This document shows positions 57,799 to 64,000 of a stretch of 64,000 nucleotides of DNA, piece after piece. Origin of the DNA: Candidatus Krumholzibacteriia bacterium. Its GTDB lineage: Bacteria > Krumholzibacteriota > Krumholzibacteriia > LZORAL124-64-63. The notes beneath the pieces are model-generated. The model worked only from the letters and a program-made list of their open reading frames with translations. It ran no database searches and was not told the origin of the DNA. The position numbers and the translations under genes were made by a program. Numbering within the stretch: the stretch's first letter is position 1; every line of letters starts with the position of its first letter. The stretch covers positions 69,709-133,708 of the forward strand of contig JADGDU010000013.1 of assembly GCA_016744705.1 (NCBI GenBank). The letters are read 5' to 3'.

Positions 57799-60165
57799 TT
57801 AGCGCTCAGCGGCCTGTTTTACCTGCTCATGCATACCCCTGACTTCGCTGTTGTCAGGGTCCAAGGCCAGAAGCCGCTCAGACGCGGACAATCCTCGTCC
57901 CGGCTGTCCCGCCTCCATGGAATACATGACCAAAGCCTGCAGGCTGGCCACATCCCACGGGGTGTTTTTCATGACTGTTTCCAAGGCATCTAAACTGGCA
58001 GAGAGGTTGCCTCCTGAATGCAGAGCTATGGCATGGACATAGCCGAATCGCGCATCATTGGGCATTTGAAAGGCGGCCAGCTCCAACTGTTCAGTGGCGG
58101 CTGGTAGCTTTCCCTGACCCACGAGCAATAAGCCCAGAGCATGGTGGCAAGCTGCGGGTTCAGTAGCCAGACTGATACCCTGGCGCAGGATGGTTTCGGC
58201 CTTGTTCAGGCGCTGGGAAAGGCGTAGAAAGTCGGCATAGTTTACATAGCCGGGAGCAAAGCGAGGCCCCAGTTCAATAGCCTTTGTAAATGCTGATTCC
58301 GCTAGGGCAAGACTGTCGCTGGCCATGTAAACAGTGGCCATGTCCAAATGGGTTTCTGCACGCTCAAGGTTGGCATTCAAATAGTCCAGGTACATGGTCC
58401 TGGCCCTGGCGATGTCGCCAGCGCCACCGGATTGAACCGCCTGATGTGGTAAGGTGGCCAGGTTTCGGGCAGCCGCCAGGCGTACTCGTCGGACCGAATC
58501 ATCAAGTAGGGGTTTGCATAGGGTATATTGGCGTTCTGCTGGGGAGGAGGCCAGAGCATCGAGGGCCGCGGAACGCACCAGGGGATCGTCATCTTTCAAG
58601 GCGTCCACCACTTCAGGGATGTCTGACGCCGCCGCATAGCGGTTGATAAGAGAAAGCCCGGTGGCTTTTGCCATATTCGGCTGGTCTTCGGCCAATAGAA
58701 GGGCTTGCAAACGTTCCAGGGCCAGAGGCGCACCTGTGCGTCCGGCGTGAAGCGCCACGGCATAGTGGCTCCCTTGTTTGCGCTCGGCACCATACCATTT
58801 GACGATGGCATCCTGAGACCACTGCAAACTCTGGTCCTGGTGGCAATCGTTACAGGCATTGGGTGTGCCCAACTCCAGGGAAAGGTCAGGGCGGGGGATG
58901 CGGAAACTGTGGTCGCGCCGGGCATCGACAACCATCAACTTGCGCGCTTGCTGGTGGCAGTCGAGACAGCTGTCCCCACCCTTGCCCATTTGATGGAAAT
59001 GATGTTCCGGTGTGTCGAAGACATCAGTGCGGTGGCAGCGGGCGCAGACTTGGTTGCCGTCACCATTGGTTTTGGTGGAGTGGTAGTCATGGCAATCGCT
59101 ACAGGTGACGCCGGCGGCGTACATTTTTGACTGTAGGAAGGATCCGTAGACATAGACTTCATCCTGGTTCTGGCCGTCTGCGAAATATAGGCCTTCGTCT
59201 AAGAGGATCAGGCGATAGTTGTCCAGGAAGCGTTGGCCGTATTCGTGATTCAGGGTGAGCGGGCCTCGGCGGGCATGGCAGCGGGCGCAGGATTCCACTT
59301 CAACCGGCGAGGCTAAAGGCTCGGTGCGTTTGGCGGTGTCTTCTCCAGGCTCGAAGGCCCATATCCCCTGGTCGGGGGATTTCAGGCTGGCCACAAGACC
59401 GCGGGCGCCATCCAGGTTTTGCGGACGCAGGCCACGGGCTTCTGCTCTTTCCCACTGTATGTGGCGGGAGCCGGGGCCGTGGCAGGCCTCACAGGAAACA
59501 TTGAGTTCGGACCAGGTGGTGCTGTAAGTGTCGGTTGCTAAATCGTATTTGCGTTGCAGGTTGGTGGAGTGGCAGTCGGCGCACATGAAATTCCAGTTTT
59601 GCAGTGGGCCGGTCCAGTGGAAAAGGTCCGAGGCAGGAGTTTCATCATCGGGATAGAGATGGAACCAACGCTGGCCGCCATCGGCGGCCGGTGTGGTGTC
59701 CCAGCAGACGTTCAATGCTTGCATTCGTCCGTCGGGAAAGCGAATTAAAAACTGTTCAAGAGGGTCGTAGCCGAAGACATAGGCGACTTCAAAATCCTTC
59801 AACGTTCCATCTGGTCCATCGGTGCGGACCATGTATTTTTCGCCGTCACGGTAGAAGGTGCTGGTGACACCAAAGTGGGTGTAGGTGGCATTGTTAAAGT
59901 TGGCGGTGATGTTTTCAGGGTTGGGCAGCTGCATGGCCAGGTCGTGGTCTGAACCAGTCCAGACACTGTCGGCTTGGGCGTGGCATTCCACACAGGCTTG
60001 GCGACCCACCCAGGTCATGGGTGCATGGGAATAATCAGGGCCTGTACCGGCTGGAACCGGGGCGTTGCTATGAATGAGTCGTTGCCAATGGTTGTTGCTA
60101 ACTAGAAGAACGATTCCCACCAAGAAAAAGGCAGCTAGGAAAATGCCGACTTCACGCCTCCACAT
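57799..60165 (-). CDS. membrane-anchored octaheme c-type cytochrome fused to a C-terminal TPR-repeat domain
   Basis: N-terminal TM helix (VGIFLAAFFLVGIVLLV). Eight CxxCH motifs (CVECH, CADCH, CEACH, CARCH, CSDCH, CARCH, CLDCH, CNDCH). The C-terminal ~330 aa are TPR-like (AYV.YA...L...A....KA-type repeats). Confidence 0.75.
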   Translation of the reverse strand: MWRREVGIFLAAFFLVGIVLLVSNNHWQRLIHSNAPVPAGTGPDYSHAPMTWVGRQACVECHAQADSVWTGSDHDLAMQLPNPENITANFNNATYTHFGVTSTFYRDGEKYMVRTDGPDGTLKDFEVAYVFGYDPLEQFLIRFPDGRMQALNVCWDTTPAADGGQRWFHLYPDDETPASDLFHWTGPLQNWNFMCADCHSTNLQRKYDLATDTYSTTWSELNVSCEACHGPGSRHIQWERAEARGLRPQNLDGARGLVASLKSPDQGIWAFEPGEDTAKRTEPLASPVEVESCARCHARRGPLTLNHEYGQRFLDNYRLILLDEGLYFADGQNQDEVYVYGSFLQSKMYAAGVTCSDCHDYHSTKTNGDGNQVCARCHRTDVFDTPEHHFHQMGKGGDSCLDCHQQARKLMVVDARRDHSFRIPRPDLSLELGTPNACNDCHQDQSLQWSQDAIVKWYGAERKQGSHYAVALHAGRTGAPLALERLQALLLAEDQPNMAKATGLSLINRYAAASDIPEVVDALKDDDPLVRSAALDALASSPAERQYTLCKPLLDDSVRRVRLAAARNLATLPHQAVQSGGAGDIARARTMYLDYLNANLERAETHLDMATVYMASDSLALAESAFTKAIELGPRFAPGYVNYADFLRLSQRLNKAETILRQGISLATEPAACHHALGLLLVGQGKLPAATEQLELAAFQMPNDARFGYVHAIALHSGGNLSASLDALETVMKNTPWDVASLQALVMYSMEAGQPGRGLSASERLLALDPDNSEVRGMHEQVKQAAER

Positions 60166-60252
60166 GAGGTGACCTGTCTTTCCTACCAGTACCTCGCAAT
60201 GGAGCGGTACGGTATGTTGTCATGGAATATTTTGCCGTCCTACCACCGGGTC

Positions 60253-61953
60253 TCATTTGGTAGGCGGCGCCCCCATTCTCTTCATATAAGCCGCGGGATC
60301 AACCGGGGCCTTAAATCCAGCTTCAGCAAAACGGTTTTTGATGGTTTTGGTAAGAGCCCACCGCACCTTCCAGTAATCTGAAGTCCGCACCCAGGGACGG
60401 CAGATGAAGTTCACGGTGAAATCACTCAATTCGTGCATCTGGATATTGGGTTCCGGCTCGGTAAGAATCAAATCTGTTTCGCTGATGACCTCGTGAATGA
60501 TTTTTTCGGCCAGATCTGTGTCATCACCGTAGGCGATGCGGAAGACCAGATCAACGCGTCTGGTTTCGCTACCGGTAATGTTGGTGATCACGCCGCCCCA
60601 GATGTTGTTGTTGGGTACGATGACCAGTTTGTTATCAAAGGTATTGATGATTGTGGAGGTCAGGTTCATGGTTTTGACAGACCCCATGACACCGGCCGCA
60701 TCAATGGCATCTCCCACATCAAAAGGTTTGTAGATCATGATCATGATGCCGCTGGCAAAATTTCCGAGAGTGCTTTGCAATGCGAAGGCGAGCACAAAAC
60801 CAGCGGCTCCGATGACGCCCAGAATGGGGGTGATGTTGATTCCCGCCAGGGATAGGCTCATCATAAAACCCACCAGGATGATGACGCGCCTTATGGAGCG
60901 GATGATGAAATCGCGCATCAGATGGGAAATGTTTTCAGTGCGGTGCAGGGCTTTGCTGGTGATTGATCCGATCACCATCGCCAGCAAAACAAAGAGCAGC
61001 ATGACACCCAGAAACCGGGCTAAATTTTTTGCGAGCTTAATGCCGCCGCCTTCGGAGGTGATCCAAAGCTCAATCAGGGACCAGCGGGTGGCATTGTCGG
61101 CCACATCCAAATGGAAGCTGGTGACGTCATCCACAAAAGTATTGATGGAAACCAGCTCTTCTACAGTGGCGCCCTTTTTCTCCCATACGGAAATGACCAT
61201 GCGGATTCTTTTGACCAGTTCTTCCCGGGCGTCCATGGCGAAAGATAGGTATTCCAGCACCAAATCCCGGGCGCCCGATTTCTTTCTCAGAATTTCTTCC
61301 AGTTCAGAATTTATCAGGTCCATCATTTCTTTATTGTTGGGGTCAAACTCATTGTCCATTTCCACTATCCGGGCCCGAAGTTGCGTTAATCCTTGATCCA
61401 GCAGGGCAAACTCAGCCAGATCTAAATTCTCATCATCAGGGTGCAGGGAGTTTTTGGCAGCGCGGAGAATGAGCTTCAAATTGTGGACTTCTGAGGCTCT
61501 GGCTTCGGCAGCCATAGCCAATCCGACGGCGGTTTTGAGCTGGAAACGGGATTCAAGAAAGGCTTGATCCATTTCTCTCAGGTTGTCGGCCGAGGCTTGG
61601 GTTGTATCGCCAAGGGCCGCAGCGTGGGCTGCATTGAGGGTGGAGGAGGTCGAAAGGAACTCTTGCAGTTGGTTTTGTGCATCCTCAAAAATCTGGATAT
61701 CCTGGTTGAGATATTTCAGTGAAATTTGCACCTCACTGATGGTGCGCAGCTTGCTCTGGAGCAAATCCTGCCAAAGAACAACCTCATTGGCCAGATCATC
61801 GCGGGTTAAGGGAATCAGCAGCAGAGACAGTTCATCAACCGGGAGTGTTTCATCTTTGGGCAAAAGGTAGGTGGCCTCATGGGGTGCTTCGGCCAGAACC
61901 ATGGCTTGCCCTGCAGTCAGCAGGACCAAAAGGGAGATAAGAAAGGCTTTCAT
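60253..61953 (-). CDS. mechanosensitive channel, MscS family, with a long N-terminal periplasmic coiled-coil domain (MscK/KefA-like)
   Basis: Signal peptide plus a ~280-aa helical region, then 3 TM helices and the MscS beta-domain (GDAIDAAGVMGSVKTMNLTSTIINTFDNKLVIVPNNNIWGGVITNIT). Confidence 0.75.
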   Translation of the reverse strand: MKAFLISLLVLLTAGQAMVLAEAPHEATYLLPKDETLPVDELSLLLIPLTRDDLANEVVLWQDLLQSKLRTISEVQISLKYLNQDIQIFEDAQNQLQEFLSTSSTLNAAHAAALGDTTQASADNLREMDQAFLESRFQLKTAVGLAMAAEARASEVHNLKLILRAAKNSLHPDDENLDLAEFALLDQGLTQLRARIVEMDNEFDPNNKEMMDLINSELEEILRKKSGARDLVLEYLSFAMDAREELVKRIRMVISVWEKKGATVEELVSINTFVDDVTSFHLDVADNATRWSLIELWITSEGGGIKLAKNLARFLGVMLLFVLLAMVIGSITSKALHRTENISHLMRDFIIRSIRRVIILVGFMMSLSLAGINITPILGVIGAAGFVLAFALQSTLGNFASGIMIMIYKPFDVGDAIDAAGVMGSVKTMNLTSTIINTFDNKLVIVPNNNIWGGVITNITGSETRRVDLVFRIAYGDDTDLAEKIIHEVISETDLILTEPEPNIQMHELSDFTVNFICRPWVRTSDYWKVRWALTKTIKNRFAEAGFKAPVDPAAYMKRMGAPPTK

Positions 61954-63023
61954 ATGGTTTCACCCAACCAGGTTTCGGTCATTTTATATCCCAATGAGAG
62001 AATGACGGCTCCTATGAACAAACCGATTATGCCTGCTGTCACCATGCCGCCGATGGCCCCAATGAGGATCACAAACATGGGCACGGCCACACCGCGGCCC
62101 AGGAAGATGGGCTTGAGAAATCCGTCAGCCATGCTGGTGATGATGCTCCAAATGAGGAAGATCACCGCCACAGTGGTGCTGTCATGGGCCGAAAAGAGAA
62201 AGATGGTGATGGGTCCCAGGATGAGCAGGGGGGGAAGCTGCATGATGGCCACAATCATGACCAGAAGGGCCCAAAAACCAGCCCCACCCACTCCGGCAAA
62301 AATCAATCCGGCAGCTGCCATCAGTCCCTGGATCATGGCCACCAGCAAAACTCCGCGCACCACACTGCGGATGGTCGCAATGGCAACGGTGACCAGCTCA
62401 CGGCCTTTTTCGCCACCTAGTCGGTTGGCAAATTTATAGGCAATGCGTCCTGCACCAATGGAATTGGCCATAAAAATTCCGGCCAGCACCAGGGAGAAAA
62501 CCATTTGCAGCATGGTGCCTCCTAAAGAGGCAATGGAGCTGGCCATATACGAAGCCAAAGATTTGAGCTGATCGGAGTATTTTGCAGCCGCAAGCTGGAG
62601 GTCCTGGGAAATGTTTTGCCAGGAATCAAAAACCGGTTCTCCGATTACCGGCCATTGTTTGACACTGGCATTGGGTGGGGGAATGGTCAGGGTACCGTTT
62701 TCCATGCCTGTCTTCATGCCGTTGGCGCCCTGAATGATGGAGTCGGTAAGGATGATGGAAGGAACCAGGACCAAAGCCAGGCTGAGAATGATGAAGATGC
62801 CTGCTGCCAACTTTTCTCGTCCGCCAAGGCTGTTTTTTAACTTTTCAAAAACGGGGTAGAAGGCCACGGCGATGGTCACTCCCCATAGGACCGGCAGGAA
62901 AAACGGAGCCACTATGCGGATACACCAGTATGCGATCAGTCCCACGAAGGCCAATCGGATGGCGATATCCATGGCGCGGTTCATATGAGTTTGGTTTTGG
63001 GGTTCTTCTTCTGAAGACATCAA
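61950..63023 (-). CDS. AI-2E family transporter (PerM/UPF0118)
   Basis: 8 TM helices with the characteristic long first periplasmic loop and the FLPVLWGVTIAVAFYP region. It overlaps the MscS gene by 4 nt. Confidence 0.7.
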   Translation of the reverse strand: MMSSEEEPQNQTHMNRAMDIAIRLAFVGLIAYWCIRIVAPFFLPVLWGVTIAVAFYPVFEKLKNSLGGREKLAAGIFIILSLALVLVPSIILTDSIIQGANGMKTGMENGTLTIPPPNASVKQWPVIGEPVFDSWQNISQDLQLAAAKYSDQLKSLASYMASSIASLGGTMLQMVFSLVLAGIFMANSIGAGRIAYKFANRLGGEKGRELVTVAIATIRSVVRGVLLVAMIQGLMAAAGLIFAGVGGAGFWALLVMIVAIMQLPPLLILGPITIFLFSAHDSTTVAVIFLIWSIITSMADGFLKPIFLGRGVAVPMFVILIGAIGGMVTAGIIGLFIGAVILSLGYKMTETWLGETI

Positions 63024-63177
63024 GGCAGGCCTTTCAAGGAGGCGTGGGGGAGATAATTAAGTGAGGGTATCTTAAGGGATGGAACAAAGAACTGTCGAGG
63101 GCAAGTTCTATAAAAAAGGGCCCGAGATATATCTCGGGCCCCAACAAATATTTTCAACTCAAACGCGGCGGACGAAT

Positions 63178-63906
63178 TTAGCGATACAGGCTCTTTACGC
63201 CATCAAAAGACATTTCCTCAGTGCTGACTGCTCCCGTTTCGTGGTAAAGCGTCACGTTGTCAGAACCCATCTGGTACGGGTGGAAGTTGGCAAACATACC
63301 GAATCGAAGGGTACGAACTTCAAGGCGTCCAGCGTTGGTCATCATGTCTTGCCAGGTCATACCGTCAGGCAAAACATCCCACACTGCCCAATTTCCACCA
63401 CTCCAACCTTCAGGAAGCTCACCGGGGCCACCGACAAAGTCGCTCGGGATGTCCCACTGGTAGCTTTGCCAACCGGTACCGGCGCCGGGGGCAAAGTAGG
63501 TGTCAGGGTTAGAGTAGACGAAAACATCGTCAGTGATGTCACCAGGGGTGCCCATGTGGTTCATGATTGCGATGAACATCGGGTATTCGTGAAACCAGTT
63601 GTTTTGGGTCGCGACGGTCATGACGTCGATGGAGAAGCCAGTGACGCCCATGGCTGCAAAATCGCCACTCCAGCCGGAAGCATCCCAGTCGGTCCAGTAT
63701 GAAGGCGTGGGGACCCAGTGCTCAGGCCCAAAACCATAGGCATCTGGATTCCCGCCTTCAGAGACGATGAAATCCGCGCTACTCCAAGACCATCCGCCAT
63801 CAATCACTCCATCTTCAAAATCTTCTACGATTCCGGTTTGCGCTATGGCCATGGTGCTCATTGCCAAAACCAAGGCTAGTGTGATTACTGTCATTAACGT
63901 ACGCAT
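63178..63906 (-). CDS. hypothetical secreted protein
   Basis: Signal peptide MRTLMTVITLALVLAMSTMAIA with an AAGGAG ribosome-binding site 10 nt upstream. Trp/Gly/Asp-rich with no recognised motif. The ORF could extend to 63954 but the ribosome-binding site favours 63906. Confidence 0.5.
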   Translation of the reverse strand: MRTLMTVITLALVLAMSTMAIAQTGIVEDFEDGVIDGGWSWSSADFIVSEGGNPDAYGFGPEHWVPTPSYWTDWDASGWSGDFAAMGVTGFSIDVMTVATQNNWFHEYPMFIAIMNHMGTPGDITDDVFVYSNPDTYFAPGAGTGWQSYQWDIPSDFVGGPGELPEGWSGGNWAVWDVLPDGMTWQDMMTNAGRLEVRTLRFGMFANFHPYQMGSDNVTLYHETGAVSTEEMSFDGVKSLYR

Positions 63907-64000
63907 CGTTGTTTTCTCCTTGTTTGCTGATAAATATTGGGCTAACTGAGACATAGTATGACGGTTTTGGGAATGCGTGACTATTGGACTTTAGTCCAAT

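Overview
64 kb, about 55% GC, apparently a natural (metagenomic) chromosomal segment. Most likely from a member of the Fibrobacteres-Chlorobi-Bacteroidetes (FCB) superphylum or a related candidate phylum. Seven predicted secreted proteins end in the same ~80-aa type IX secretion (T9SS/Por) C-terminal sorting domain (...YPNPFNP.TTI...G.YFY.L.A........MLL.K).

Housekeeping and peripheral genes: a TonB-dependent receptor 3' end, thiamine pyrophosphokinase and a transporter. An addB-addA helicase-nuclease pair is translationally coupled to dgkA. There is also a molybdopterin oxidoreductase with an FeS/membrane-anchor fusion subunit, an NfeD-flotillin pair, a stand-alone hemerythrin and an MCP-hemerythrin (DcrH-like). 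The rest are a Cys-rich PAS histidine kinase, an octaheme cytochrome c fused to TPR repeats, MscS, an AI-2E transporter, Omp85 and small OMP beta-barrels.

The centrepiece is a four-gene, same-strand cluster at 12.7-26.3 kb. It encodes a 1086-aa protein and a giant 2766-aa surface protein built from FN3 modules and 16 diverged ~88-aa Ig-like repeats (13 in one 3.4-kb tandem array). Both carry an N-terminal cohesin-like beta-sandwich, a dockerin-like double Ca-loop segment and a T9SS C-terminal domain. Two small proteins follow, consisting only of cohesin-like domains, one copy with a T9SS CTD and a double copy without. I read this as a candidate, undescribed cohesin-dockerin-type surface assembly system delivered by the T9SS.

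Other points of interest: a triple lamin-tail-domain T9SS protein, a beta-helix/FG-GAP/ASPIC T9SS protein, a 131-aa CTD-only T9SS substrate with a near-consensus sigma70-like promoter, a secreted protein with a Tyr/Gly/Arg low-complexity tail flanked by OMP genes, and several intrinsic-terminator hairpins. No rRNA, tRNA, CRISPR or obvious mobile elements were seen. All domain calls are from reading motifs by eye and need HMM or structure confirmation.
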